Below, in pieces: positions 1 through 13,306 of a DNA stretch of 64,000 nt. The position numbers and the translations under genes are program-made. The notes under the pieces were generated by a model. That model ran no database searches, was not told the DNA's origin, and saw only the letters and a list, made by a program, of their open reading frames with translations. Source of the stretch: Tricharina praecox (lineage: Eukaryota); NCBI RefSeq assembly GCF_024521635.1, contig NW_026250431.1, forward strand, positions 310,001-374,000, written 5' to 3'. The stretch's first letter is position 1; every line of letters begins with the position of its first letter.

Positions 1-1822
1 CCTCCGAAACCTACACCACAGTCGAGCCCAGTTGCGTTCCTCATTTTTACAAGTTCGAATTGTGATCCCATCCCGCAGAACACCCAACCGCTCACCCACT
101 CACCAGCCCACCCCGAACCCACCCTCGCCGCCCAACTGCTTCCCTTCCTATCCTTTCAAGTCAATACACGCAGTCCAAATCGCAATCACTACTCACTAGA
201 GTAACCCAGAGTAATCCAGAGTAATCCAGAGTAATCCAGAGTAATCCAGAGGGATTACATACTCCACATACTCCAGAGCACATATGTATACCTGTGTGGG
301 TATGATTTCTGCACTTTATGCATGTCCGGTCTTCGATCATGTTGGTCGTGTTGGATCCCATTGCGAGAACGAGGGAGGGGAGCGAGGGAGGGGGAGCTCG
401 TGCTTGTGCCTGTGGGGCCCGCTGGGGCGGGGTGGGGTGCCCGGTGCCGTGGGTAGTGGGTACAAGGGAGGGACGGGCTACACTTCGAGTCTTCGACAGC
501 CCATCCGGGTGTTGTCTGACTCAGCCCTCCCGTTCACTCGACCTTTCTTTCCTTCCTTCTTTGCTTTCCTTTCTTTGCTTTTCTTTCCTCGCGGGGTTAG
601 GTTGGCGTTCTTGTTCTCCGCGACCGACCGACGGGAGCAGGTCAGACATCCAGGACTTCAGGGCCCAGACAGGCATGAATCCTGCGTTATGTAGAGTCGA
701 GCACTGCGTCTTACGTGTCTTACATTCGATTTTGTGTGTCTTACATTCGAGCTTACTCGATTTGCGGTGATACCGTGTGTGATTCCCTGCGTGTGTGAGT
801 GTGTGTACAGTGTGTGCACTGTCTGCATAAACCCGCAGTGATGGAGAATGATGATGAATGATAATGATGAATCATGATAGGTCTCAGCACGATCAACTTG
901 GAGGGTGTAAAGGTGGAAAGGTGGAAAGGTGCATTTTGTTCGCTGTTCGCTGTTCGGGTGATCTTTCGCACTTCTTGCATTCAGTCCAACTCACCGCGCA
1001 GTACAGCCAGACAGACAGCTGACGAGCGAGACTAGACGAGACACATGAGATGATACGACATGAGATGAGATGGGATGTTTGGCCAATGTCCACGGCTTGG
1101 AGCAAGATGCGCAAAGGTCAAGTGCGTCTCAGCCGATTATTCGCCGGAGCACCTCATGCCGAGTGATGGCGCGGTGAAGATACCCACTTCGGAGGCAGAT
1201 GTTCAACATACCCTGCGCCCAGGTAGAGTACCTGGTTACTTGGTTACGTGAAAAGAGCGCGGCTACATGCCAACCATACCGGGTCCATGGGCTGTCTTCC
1301 TTGTATATACCAGGCAACCTGGGAAATCGACAGACATTGAAGGTGATCGGTTGAAGGGATCTTTCACAGGGTAATGGGTCCCTGGCAAGCCTGGGGTGCC
1401 TCATAGGCACATCACTGGCACGATTGATTGATTGCCCGTCAGATCCTAGAGTTGGCAGGTACACACGGAAGTCTCCGCTCTGGCGAGGAATGAGGTGCGG
1501 TGGTTCTTCACTGATCCGCTGCAGGGTGAGACCGTGAGACGGCCGGAGGTGCAAAGGCGGGTGCGACGTTGCGGCGAAGTGCGCATAGTACCAAGGCGCA
1601 GAGTAATCGAGCGAACAGAAGCTAGCAGGGCACATGCATGAGAGCTCAAAGGACGGGAGAAAAGCGGCGAGGTGGGACAGGAGGGAGGTCGGGGATGCCC
1701 CGCACCCCATCCTACCAAAGTCTCCTATGTAGAGCGGGTCGCCATTTTTCCACGGATATATACAGGAACAAGCAAGCAACAGCACATAGCAGCAGGCGCG
1801 GTACCGGCCAGTCAGCCGTCTC

Positions 1823-3034
1823 CTAACTAGCAGGTTCACCCGCCTCCTTCGCGCCAATCGCGCGATCATGTCTCCTTACCACCTCGGGTACGATGAGGCT
1901 CTCGATTTCGACCTGCTCCTGGCCCTCGCGCGCCTCCGGTACGCGGATCCACTGGTCCGCCTTCTTGTCCACGAACACCACCTCGAACTTCCGTGTCGAC
2001 AGCAGATTCCCGATGACCAGGTGGTGGCTGTAGCGGTTCAGCGCCTGGTGGCACTTGTAGAGCAGGATGTTCGGGTCGGTTTCGAGCTGTGTGTATGTCA
2101 CGTGAATCTCAGTCTCGCTGGATGGATGGGTTGTGGGTGGGTGTGTGGTGGACGGTCAGAGAAACACATGCTCGCGGCGTACCTTGAAGGATATGATCAT
2201 GGCGTGCGGCGCCCACCCTTCTACTAGCCGTTTCAGAAACTTTGGCACGGGATCCAGATCGATCACCAGTTTCTTTCCGCGCGCGCCCAGCCCGCTGTCG
2301 TCGTCGTGCGCTTCCATCCCTGCCACCGCGGCAGCCGCGGTAGTATCTGCCCTCGCCCCCGCCGTGTCCGGCGCCCCCGGTAGATCGCCGCTCTGTATCT
2401 TGTGCTCGGCCATCCTGTCGGGCGGCACGAAGAAGTCGCTCACGGCCGCGGCGAGGTAGAACAGCGCGTCATTGCGAAGGACCTGCATCCGCAGCGCGAC
2501 CTCGCGGAGGAGGAACAGGTAGCTGGTGACGGTGGTGTACGGCAGCAGGAACAGCGTCTTCTGCTCCTTAGCGCGGCGGTACTTCCTGAGCACATCGAGC
2601 ATCTGCGCGCGATAGCGCTCGCGCACAACCACATCGCCGCCGTCGGAACTAGCGCCATCGCCGTCCTCGCCGATGCGCCCCCACTCAGACAGGTAGTCGA
2701 GGAAGCAGTTTGTCGAGTGCGAGTAGTGGCGCGAGTACGGCAGCAGCGAGAACTGGCGGTGCAAGAACACAACGGCGTAGCCGGCCTCGAGAAAGTATTC
2801 CGCCGACGTGGCGCCGCGCGTGCCCGCCGAGAAGTTGTCGATGAACCGCACGGTCTGGTTCTCGAGCGGGACGGTGGTGCCGCCGGAGGAGACGAGGACT
2901 ACTCGGCGGCCGTGCGCGTGGTGCAGGTTGACGAATTCCTGCAGCTGCGTGGAGATGGCGGCGAGGTGCGCCGGCGCGCTGTGCGTGTCGAAGTACTCGA
3001 GCTCGTCGGAGGGTGCGGCGGAGGCGGGCATCAT
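1823..3034 (-). CDS. CAB2: Phosphopantothenate--cysteine ligase (CoA biosynthesis), 2 exons (3034-2183, 2086-1823)
   Basis: Motifs [37 protein letters not shown] and EHKIQS; ISFK|LETD is joined by a GT-AG intron at 2182-2087; VIGNLLSTRK in exon 2. Confidence 0.95.
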
Positions 3035-3952
3035 TCGTGCTGGCGTAATTCCGGGATTTCCGTTTTATCGGCGTTGCAGCGTGGGAGAAGTGTGGGGAGA
3101 GACGATAACCATCGCATAAGCGACGTGCCGTGCGGGGGTTTGCGACTCGCGTGACAGCCCGTGCTAAGCCATTATACCTAGGCAGGGCAGGCGAGTCAGC
3201 CGGGTGACGCCCGGTGATTCTTGGCAGTCGCTGCCGGCGCAGCGACGCCAACTAACGCCTGAGACATCACGAGAAATGTGGCGGATTATGTGGACGGGAA
3301 TCCGCGAATCAGCAGGCATGACCCGACTGTGACCAAACGGATGTAGAGGTCGAACCGCCCACGTACGGGCGGAAAGTGCAGAAAGTGCAGAAAGACGAAT
3401 TCCCGATCGCCACCAGAGTCGCAGGATGGATGTTATCCACGACGTGCATGTATGCCCACCACCGCATAATATGTGTGTGTGCCGGATTATGCTCGGTCAC
3501 TATGTGATATGTGGTATTATCGACGGGCCGGACGTCGTCGCCGGCATGATGGTTTTTGTGTGTGGTCGGTGCTGCCAAAGTCAGTAAGAGGTAAAGCATA
3601 TAAACCTGCTCTAGTCTCCCGCTCAACGCCATTTAACCTCATTCACCTGCCAACGGCCATTCAACCCCATCCACCCGCTAGCGCTCCTACCACCTCGATG
3701 TACCACTCCCACCACTCCCACCACTCCTACTGTTATCCTGCTTCTTCTTCTTTTCCCATCATCAATCCTCTCGTACCGACCTCACCATCGATATTTCGAC
3801 ACCATCGATATACGACACCACCAAACCGCTTCTCACCGCCAGGCCCATTACCGTTGCCCGCTACTCTTAGCATCAGCCACGCCTTCCCCCGCATAACCCC
3901 AGCACCCTTGACACCTCCCAGGCGGCCCACCACACTGCCCCCGATATTAACC

Positions 3953-5569
3953 ATGTCGAACCCCCCACTTCCCTCGGCCCCTGCCACACCCTCCACCGAA
4001 CCATCCCAAGAACCCCCGACGCCTGCTAGTTCGTCCACCGCAGTCTCCCCGATGCCAGGCATCTCCTCAACCGGAACGCCCTCGGCGCCGGCCATGTCTT
4101 TCACCGGAATGCCCTCGACTTCAACCACGACATTCACCGGAGTGCCCTCGGCGTCGGCCTGGTCCTCCAATTCACTTCCCCCCATCAGTTCCCTCACCGC
4201 ACCCCCCTCGATATTCGCTGTGCCCTTCGCACCGCCCTCAGCACCGGTCTGGTCTAGCAGCCCGCTACCCCCGATCATTTCGTCCACTGCACCTCCCTCG
4301 ATATTCGCCGTGCCTTTTGCACTGCCCCCGGCACCAGGCACACCCTTCACCGAATCGCCGCCGCAAAACCCGACACCTTCCAGTTCGTCCACCGCACTTC
4401 CCTCGATATCCACCTGGTCCTTCACCCCACTGCCCTCCATCAGTGCCTTCACCGCACCAGCCCCAGTGCCACTCTGGCCCGATGCCCCACAACGTTCGAA
4501 ATCGACCGCGCGCTTCACCACACCGCCCCCGAAACCAACCCTGAAGCTCCTCGCATTCCCCAACGAAATCCTCTATAATATCCTCGAGTTCCTCCTCCCA
4601 GTCGACATCAAGAACATCCGCTCGCATCCATTCGTAGCTCTCTCCAGCACGTGCCGGCTCCTATACCACTTAATAGAGACTCGATGTTTCCGCGCCCTCA
4701 AGAATGCAGCCGAAAATCCCAAGTTCCGCAACCCTCCCAAACAACCATTTATCACGGCTCGAGCGAACTGTTACCGGAACATACTTATCCGCTGGCTCGT
4801 AAGACGGTGCAGATACTGCCTGATCTCGTCGTCGCGGCTGGCGGCGATGGACGAGAGCATCCGCTGCTGCCGCCCCTGCGACAAGAATCTGCACAAGCTG
4901 TACGGCATCGTCGCCCTTCGCTCGGCCGAGGAGATGTGGGGGGTGGCTGAGAGCGAGCTGCTACAGAACATCCCTCACGGCCCTCACGGCGACATGAGGC
5001 GCTCCCTAGTGCGGGGCTACGTCGAGCGGAAGTTCGGCTTCGACGCCGATCTGATCCGTGCGGCCCGAAGGGCGCACATACTCGCGCGGCCGGTCGCCAT
5101 GGACGTGCACAATTCGTTGCAGAGCCGCGAGCAGGCGGCCGAGAGGTTCTGGGTCGATATGCGCGAGGACTGGGATCTGGTGTTTGCTCAGACGGGGCTG
5201 GTGCTTAAGCGGCCCACGAACGCGCAGCTGGACCTGATCGAGGCGAAGTTCTGGGAGGCATTTCATACCGAGGAGGTGAGGAGACGCTGGCGAAGAATGC
5301 ACCGCGAGAATGCCGCCGCCTTCGCCCTCATACGGGAGATCGAGGACGACCCGCATATGAGGGCTAATTGGTACTGTGAGGTCGCCGGGAATAATCCGGA
5401 CATCATACTTGGCAGGGTCAAGTACGAAGACGTGGTACAAAGGTTGACGGAAAAGTATGAGGAACGCCAGGCGAGCAAGAAGCAGAGGGCGGCGGATACG
5501 GTACATTCGGAGAACTTCGGTTTTGGCACGGGCGGTGACTGGCCTGGTTCTTACAATGTCCGGGTTTAG
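3953..5569 (+). CDS. F-box protein with a Pro/Ser/Thr-rich N-terminus and a Cys-rich (CxxC...CCxxC) module
   Basis: Single long ORF; F-box-like LLAFPNEILYNILEFL...LSSTCRLLYHLIE followed by CRYC...CCRPC. Start placed at ATG 3953 (MSNPPLPS); upstream starts are possible. Confidence 0.75.
   Translation: MSNPPLPSAPATPSTEPSQEPPTPASSSTAVSPMPGISSTGTPSAPAMSFTGMPSTSTTTFTGVPSASAWSSNSLPPISSLTAPPSIFAVPFAPPSAPVWSSSPLPPIISSTAPPSIFAVPFALPPAPGTPFTESPPQNPTPSSSSTALPSISTWSFTPLPSISAFTAPAPVPLWPDAPQRSKSTARFTTPPPKPTLKLLAFPNEILYNILEFLLPVDIKNIRSHPFVALSSTCRLLYHLIETRCFRALKNAAENPKFRNPPKQPFITARANCYRNILIRWLVRRCRYCLISSSRLAAMDESIRCCRPCDKNLHKLYGIVALRSAEEMWGVAESELLQNIPHGPHGDMRRSLVRGYVERKFGFDADLIRAARRAHILARPVAMDVHNSLQSREQAAERFWVDMREDWDLVFAQTGLVLKRPTNAQLDLIEAKFWEAFHTEEVRRRWRRMHRENAAAFALIREIEDDPHMRANWYCEVAGNNPDIILGRVKYEDVVQRLTEKYEERQASKKQRAADTVHSENFGFGTGGDWPGSYNVRV
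4146..4330 (+). repeat. ~90-bp (30-codon) tandem duplication inside the F-box gene
   Basis: WSS..LPPI.S.TAPPSIFAVPFA occurs twice in succession. Confidence 0.8.
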
Positions 5570-8098
5570 TCGATGCGACTTGCGGAGTGCGAATTCATTA
5601 CTCATTACTCATTACTCGGGGCAACGCGGTACACAGTGCCGAGGCATGGGGGATATGCGTTTGCGTATCTTTCCGGCCAATCTCCTTGGGCGTTATGGGA
5701 TTTGAAGGGAGGGTGGTTGATTTTCTCGGGGTTTTTACTCGGGGTTTTAATACGTTCAGAGTGCGAATGTCTTTGCCGTGCGTGGCCTGGCTTCTTTTTG
5801 TGCGCTTTTTCAATTTCTATTCTTTTTAATTCGTTTTCTTAAACCCTTTGCTTTGTTTTCTGCTCATGTGTGCGCTTGATGATGGTTGAATGGCTCGGTG
5901 GTTCTTCATGTCAGTCGCCAGTGTGCATTACTTACATCTTACTTACTTCTTACATACATATGAAATTCATCGGTTTCCTTAAAACATGTACATACCGCTG
6001 GAGTTTTTTTTGTTTCATCATTCATTGCGTGCGACCTTATGTAGAATCCTAGACCATGGCAAATACTATACTATACACCCACTGTTTCCTTATTCATGAC
6101 CCAGCGTCTAAGCCGACCTCGAGGCTCGAACAGTCTGCCGCGGCTCGTGATTGCTCCCTCTTTTGAGACTTGACGTCCATCGTGTGAGCAGCGAGGGAGA
6201 TGCAGTGACGAGATTTATTTTGTGAAGATTTTGCGAGGGAAGGTGGAAATTCTACCTCTATTAAAACCCCTCAATGTGATCGGCACCGTTACAAGGGTAG
6301 TAGCCTTGGGGAGGACGCTCTTTTGCTACGGTTCAAGCTTGGGGTTTGAAGTTTACTTTTTGCTTGTAACTCCGTCGCGCGTTGGTGGTGGTTAGGTGGT
6401 TGGTAGTCGAGTGATGGTTATGTATGTTCGCGCGCGTGAGTTGTCAACAACCACGAAATTTTAATCACGGGGAATATGAGACACCAGAAGAACTGGCCGA
6501 CACGTCTGCCATGTGAGTGCTGGCCATTACCCTATGACAGAAACAATTTGGGGTTTTTAAAGGAGAGGAAATCTCCGATTTGCCTCGGAAGAATTTTGAA
6601 AACTTCCTCACTTCATCTCACTGCGAGTCTGCCACCCCTCCGGAGGCGAACAATGAACGCCTTGGTGACCGTGTCGCTGATACATAGAACGAGATGACGG
6701 CGAATCAAGACTCGAGAGTTCTACCCATAATTTTCTTGAAACATTACCACTGCCAGCGCCTTACCGCGGACATGAGGAAGAATCTTTCGTGTGTGCCGCA
6801 CGCCGAAATATGGTATAAGATTTAAGGTGGGAGGGCCGGTTAGTCAAGAGAGGAGAAATCAAAGTTGAACTTGGAAGTCTACCTAGGTGGAACCGGATAC
6901 TCGAATCGTCATTAACGTTATCACGACGTGGATGAAACCCTTTACGTAGATCTAAGCAGAAAATCTATCATATCGGAATCCTATTCGGACGTGCAGTGGG
7001 TGGGCACGGGGGGGGCAAAGGGTGATGATGACTCATTCACGACGGCAGTTTGGCTCGCCGCGGCGATACGATTGAAGGGATACGGTGGCATCGCTAACGC
7101 GTATCCAGAGGGTCTCTAAAGGAGAATTCCCTCAAGGCTATGCGCTATAGTGGGCGGTGGGCGGTGAACCGAAATGATATCAAAGTTCAATTATTTTCAC
7201 TCTACCTCGTGCACGAGTAGGTCTCTCTTTTCTGACAGATTTTCGTGTCATGTGTCATCCCGCAATGGTACGGAAGAGGAAAAGCTATTTTAAGGTCATT
7301 GTTGAGTGGCGATTTGTCAAAACCTTGAGCCAGAGAGGCCTCGATGGCAGATACAACGGCAGGATTCAAAGTAACTTTACCCACTGTACAGGTCCATTAC
7401 CTCCTTGGTGGCGGTCAACTGGATATCACTACTATCTAGACGACTCTTCGAGCAGAAACTTAACCTTTCTAGACGACATGAGAGAGTTGTACATGAGGTG
7501 GCCGAGAGCAATAAAGCAATATACCAACCACGACCAAATCACGACATTGGGATTGAACAAGGTTTGCTTGTAGCAAGGTGTAGGGAGTTAAAAGTGATGG
7601 CCCAATTCCTAGGCCTGGCCGACCTCAACATTTACTATATAGTGCACCCGCGGCCCCTTCTCCCCTGTCCTCTACCTCACTCCACCTCACCCACTCTCAC
7701 AGTCTCACTCCCCATCCATTCTCCAAACACAACGACTATGATCACCACCAACCCATCCGGGGAAATCAACTTTGAAATCCACAATCCACTATCGAAACTG
7801 CCATCCGACAACCCGGGACAACCGTACGACAAGGTCTCATCGAGAAACCAGCGACGTCCTCTACCGTTACCGTCAATCATCTTCGCATCCATTTCACCTC
7901 CTTTCCATCTCCGACTCGATTGTCTACATCGTAACCTTCTCGTCCCATCTTCTCACTCCTTTTCTCTCATCCCTAATTCAACTCCCTTTGACACTTCCCC
8001 TCATCCCTTTCCTTTTCTTTCCATCTCCGACCCATTACACCACCTCTTCAACGTTTCGCAGGACCAAATATCACCCCCGTCTGCGCTTGCCACTACGA

Positions 8099-10603
8099 AT
8101 GCCACTGATTCGACATCTCGATGAAGAAGACAACGTACCCAACGAGGGCAAAGGAACCTGGATCCTAGGCAACATTGCCTTGAGGCAGCAGAATTCGGCT
8201 GCATCCTCCTTCTATGGCACGGTGAAGACCCTTTCCCAGCAGGACTTGGATCGCCCATTCACTTGGTATACATCCAAAGGCCTTGCTGAGGACATGATCC
8301 GTCGAGTTGTCACTAGTATGGAGGACCACGGCTGGAACGACCGCCTAGCCAGGGACGTATTTATGAGTCTTTGCCAGAGACGCTGCCAAAACATGAACAG
8401 ATGCGTGAATGAGATGAGACGTCAGGCTGGGGAGGAAATCAACCCAGGACGCCGTCCAACAGCAAGGCTTCCAAATCACCATAACCCGATGGATTCGGTG
8501 TCAAAAATGAGGGCGCTTCCCGAAGATGTACCTCTCACTCCGCACCTAAGCCAGCCTCATAGGCCTCAGCAGGACCTACCGGAGGTAGTCATATCAGCTA
8601 AGCAGCAGAGGGCGAAGATTGGAGCCGTTTCGTTCACATCTTAAGTCAACAGGGCCACAGCCAGCAAGAGAAAGCGTCAAAAGGAACCAGAGATTTGGTC
8701 TGGCCGCCCATCGCCTTTAGGAAATACGTTGGTGGCTTCACTCTCCTCCGCTTCTGGTGTGATCCCTAATCCCTTTCTGCTCTATGTTCTGTTCGCTCTG
8801 CTTTACATTCAAAGTGCCTGTTTTTCTCTATCTTTGCACAGCACTAACTTCCAAGATTCTCTTCAACTGTCGCTCCCTTCAGCCTCTCCACAACCTCAGA
8901 TCCCTCGGGTCTCGGCCTCTCGGCCATCTCCGACTCCTGCGGCCACTCGCCCTAACGTCTAATACAAGGCTCTTGTCAATGGAAATCCCGCCTTACTTTC
9001 AAGGGAGTTCAGCTATCAGGTGTTCAATGAAGTTGTCTCTTACGCCGCTACGAAGCCGGGCACTCCACTCTCATCTGGCAGCCTCTTTATTTGGTACAGG
9101 AAACAAACCTCACAAAGCAAAGAGGTTACTGGATGGAATCATCGAAGCCTTGGCTGAGAATCCCCGGTACATGGAGCGAAGGGGTGAGGGTCTCACACCT
9201 TCGTCGCAAGTGATGACGGCATTCGTTTCACAGACGGTCGGGTAAGCAACTGATGCTCGCATAATTGGTTCGCGTGTCTAGCCGGGCCTGTAGAACAGAA
9301 GTTGAGATTATCCGTGCGGATCCCCGATGCCGAATGGGCGCTAAAGGTGTCCACCCCATCGCCGTTCGAGATTCCTGGTCCGACACGTTGGCACGAGTTT
9401 ACTCCAAACTTGCCCCGACAACGTGGTAATCGCGATGGGCATCATGGCCTTTGCAAGGAGCCGCCGCTGCAATACACTACAAATGATGATGGGGTATTAC
9501 TTCTTTGCGTCGCGGACATGGAAGCGGCCTATTGGAGTTCTTAATCATCTGGGCCTGTCGGTATCCTACGATACTATCCGAGCTGCATTGTTCAAAAATG
9601 CAGGGGAAACCTGAGCAGAGATTATTTCTCGGGTCCGCCACGGAGTTCCAGCGATGCTGAAGTACGATAATATGACCAAAAAAACCATGTCGAGACCGAA
9701 ACCCTCCTCAACAAGTCAGTCATGTATACATTTACGGCCGCTGCAGTCGTATTTCTCTCCATGTCGGAATCCTTGGCATTGCGCCTCGGAAAGGACCCGC
9801 GCTCACTTGACAACTGTCTGCGTGAACAAAGGCTTCCGGGTGAGACCTTTATAATGGACGATGAGGATGGCTACGCCATATTCCTGGGGCTTTTCGCCAC
9901 GGGCCAGGTCTGGATGGAATCGGGAGCTGTGACCTTGTCACTGCAATCTGAAAGACAATGGCAGACGGAACCAGGAACCCAAGATAGCGATGAGGTTCCG
10001 CTTTCCAACATCCCCGGCATCGCAGTACAGCCTGACGAAGAGGAAGCGGACTTCAGCCCTACTCCTGTCACCAGCACAGCTGTTGACGTCACTTCCGCAG
10101 AGGTCCCACGGCCCCAACCGATACCAAGGATGTAGCGGACAAAGTCGACGGAAAAAGCGGCAACCAACGTAGGCAAGTCCTATAGGACTCTCCTGAATGG
10201 CAACATCAAATCCAGTCTGTTGAAGAACGGCACCTACCTAGACTTTCGCGCCTCCCTGATACGCCTATACGATGGATCAGATGAAAGCTTCAACGTAGCA
10301 CATAGCCAAGGAGAGCTCCATGGCCCCGCCGTAGCAGACGGGTGGGCCAACCAGGCAGCGGAAAACCCGGACGACCATGGAGTAGAATGGCTCCGGCAAG
10401 GTAGCGGATGTGGACGCCGGGGCGACGTGCCACTTCCGGTCTCACTGGCACATCTCAAGAGACGGATTAGCCACCAGAAGTGGAGAGAGGCAGATCAGTG
10501 GTCACTGACCCGGATCAAAAATCGGCGGTACGATACCAAGCAGCCTCCCAAAAAGACCCGGATCCGTGTGTTCTACTTTTCCTTTGAGTTTATCCCTACT
10601 TGA
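8099..10603 (+). pseudogene. Decayed DUF6589-type (transposase-like) gene
   Basis: MAFARSRRCNTLQMMMGYYFFAS...VLNHLGLSVSYDTI followed by LKYDNM resembles the fungal DUF6589-associated region. The frame is broken by stops (8642 TAA, 9243 TAA, 9612 TGA, 10133 TAG) and a frameshift in the A-run near 9680. The 5' part (8099-8730) may be a separate gene. Confidence 0.55.
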
Positions 10604-12392
10604 TCGCTTTGGTAATGATTGTTAGAAGGTGTTCTAGCCTGCCGGGAAAATGTAGTGGTGAATGTATGAGCTGGATATACGAGGAGACTGGACTGTGAGG
10701 AAAATATACCGTATGAAGTAACTATAACGTTTTGTCTAAAGAAAACTTTATCTCGCTACCTTGAAAGAACCGTTTCTCTTGCCACCATGAAAAAAGACAA
10801 ATTTCACTTTTGAGAACAGTCCACGAGTCACCGCTGTTTTTCCCAGCTGAACCCACAGCAAGCCGCCGCCGCAGTCCCCGCCCAAGCGCACAAGCAGCAT
10901 CTAGCCAGAACAGGGCTCGACCTACTACATAGCAACATAACAAACGCTGTCCTTCCGTAGCAGTGGTAGTATTCAGGGAGAAGCTGGAGAGGAAGCTGAG
11001 AGGCGAACGACGAACGATGATAGGTAGGTATTCTGTCGAGTGGAACGTGCAGGAGGTAACCATGTTGCGGGCCACAGCTGGGGGAAGCGGTTTCGCGTCC
11101 GGCGAAATCCCAGTGGTGGATTGCGGGGCGATGGTCATATAAGAAGTCGTTAGATAAAGTACCTGCGGTAGAGTTTCAATTAACGGGGTATTGTCCATAT
11201 CTTATCACTCGACCTATAGTGGGTAAAATTATGAAATTCCCGACTCCCACAATTAGAGTGGGGGGGATGGGGGGAGCTTCTTGAGTTCCCAGCGAGAGTT
11301 AAGGCTTCTGGTTCTGACGCGTCCCCAAAACGAAGCCGAAGCAGTTCGGTTCAATACGCGGGATTTCACACGTTTGTCTGGTCTTGAGTTCACACGTTTA
11401 GTCTTCCAAGCCAAACCTTATTCCAAACCACCCACTGGTAAAAAATGAACACGGTTCTGCCCAGGTTTGAACTGGGACCTTTCAAATGGACTTCGATACC
11501 AACAGATACCATTTTGAAGTATACTCTGCGTGCAAACCACTACACCACAGAACCCGGAGATGATATGAGCCAGCGTGTTACCTTTCTAAAATCGCTGCCA
11601 AATGGCAAAGGGTAATCTTATCTGATGATCCGCGCGATCTCTCGCGGGGAATTAGTTCCCAAAGGTGGGGGAAAATTGATTAAGCCTATTTGTACTACTG
11701 CGGATTAGAGAAAATATGTCCTGGCCGCCTCATCGGCCACAGAGGATGCCGCGAAAGTTCCCTTCAGGCTTCGCGGCCAGATCGTCCTCACATGCTCGAG
11801 GAATCCACCCCCTTCATTACGACAACGAGCGGAATAGGCAAAATGAGAAATTAGCAGGCTATAACGCGAGCCAGAGCGAGACAAAATTTCTGTCACACGG
11901 TTTTTTCCTTCCTTTCTTGACGAGACCGAGTGATATCTATGCACCAAGTGTGCTGGATACCGATACGGCGCCACGGTGTGTCACAGTACATCACTCGGCA
12001 CGCCGAAACACACGCGCCATCAGAAATGTGTGTGTGTGGCGCACGTGGACTTATCCCGTCACGGCTGTGCCCAGCTGGGGCCTTACCCGAGGATTATTAG
12101 GTCCCAGATTAGATCTGGGGCACAACCACTGTGGCGGCCAATAGCATGGCCTTCAGGGGAGATATGCATGATCTATCACTCGGCTCAGCAAACTACCGGA
12201 AGGTTTTTTAATTCTGCCACATCCATCCACAGAGCCCGCTCAAATTGTTGGGCGCTGGTTAGTGGGTGATCAGAAAGCAGCTTGGACGGCTGGCGAACGA
12301 GTTGACCAGGTGGTCGTGGCGGCAAGACGGACGCGGAAGTCCGCGTAAGGCTGAGCGTGTGTGCCGCGAAGGCGGACTGGGCTGTGCACATA

Positions 12393-13306
12393 TGTTCTAT
12401 GCCACTGGGCAGAATTAGCCATATTTAGATGGGCCGGCCCAGGTTTAGACACGCAGCCCATCTAAAGGTGGGTCGATTCTCACCACTGGCCGGACCATGG
12501 GTAGAATTTTTCCTGTTCTTGGGCTGGTCCAGTAGTAGACGGGTTATCTCCGCCAAATGTGGGTCGGATCTGACATCTGGCCGGACCATGGGTACATGTT
12601 TTCCGATTTTTGGGCAAGTCCAGTTTTAGTCAGATTATCTCCGCCGAAAACAGCTAGAAAAGTTGAAATTTTCTTAGCCTGAACCAATTCTCGTCAATAA
12701 CACAGAGATCAGACTAAGAACAGCCTACAACACACCCGTTAAAATCATGTCCGCCGTGGATGTCTCATTTCCACGTTCTCGGCAGTAACGATCCCATCAA
12801 CTGTGCTGGATGGTGCTGTAGTAGAAGGATCGGTTCTGAGAAATAAGAGGGCTCGGGTGTAAGTGGAAAAGTTTGTACAGTAGCATCTAAGATCAATGCA
12901 GTGTTTGTTGTACATATTAGTGAGAATATAATTCAATTGCTGGTTGTTGAGGATTGGTACTACCGAATGTAGTCGCCAAAGTAGTACCGCAACTGTACAG
13001 CCAGCAGTGGTGGTGGTGGTGGTGGTGGTGGGGGTGGTGGGGGTGATCTCGAGCGCGTAATACTATTAGCGGGTTTCGGGTTCCGCATGCAACACTACCA
13101 CTGGGCCAGCCCACTAAGCAATATTCTATGAGTATGTACTCTGGCCAGGGCGAGATATCCGGCTCCTGGGCCAGCCAAGCAGCCGGAAAAAATCTAACCA
13201 TGGTCCGGCCAGTTGTTAGATTCGACCCACCTATACACGGGCCGACCCATCTATACACGGGTTGGTCCATCTAAAGAAGAATAATTCTGCCCAGTGGCAT
13301 AGAACA
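12393..13306. mobile_element. Non-autonomous TIR DNA transposon (MITE-like), TGT...ACA ends, CATA 4-bp TSD
   Basis: TGTTCTATGCCACTGGGCAGAATT (from 12393) is the exact reverse complement of AATTCTGCCCAGTGGCATAGAACA (ending 13306). Imperfect inverted similarity continues ~150 bp. CATA flanks both ends (12389-12392, 13307-13310). Confidence 0.85.

Noticed and set aside
197..252. AGAGTAATCC x5 tandem repeat as a CRISPR-like or telomeric array
   Set aside because: No spacers, eukaryotic context, not TTAGGG; a simple minisatellite
380..760. Possible solo LTR
   Set aside because: No second copy, TSD, primer-binding site or polypurine tract identifiable in the window
2402..3154. Long antisense ORFs over CAB2 (and similar ones over FUM1, KEX1, SEC12 and the F-box gene)
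   Set aside because: Shadow ORFs expected from GC3-rich codon usage; no independent motifs
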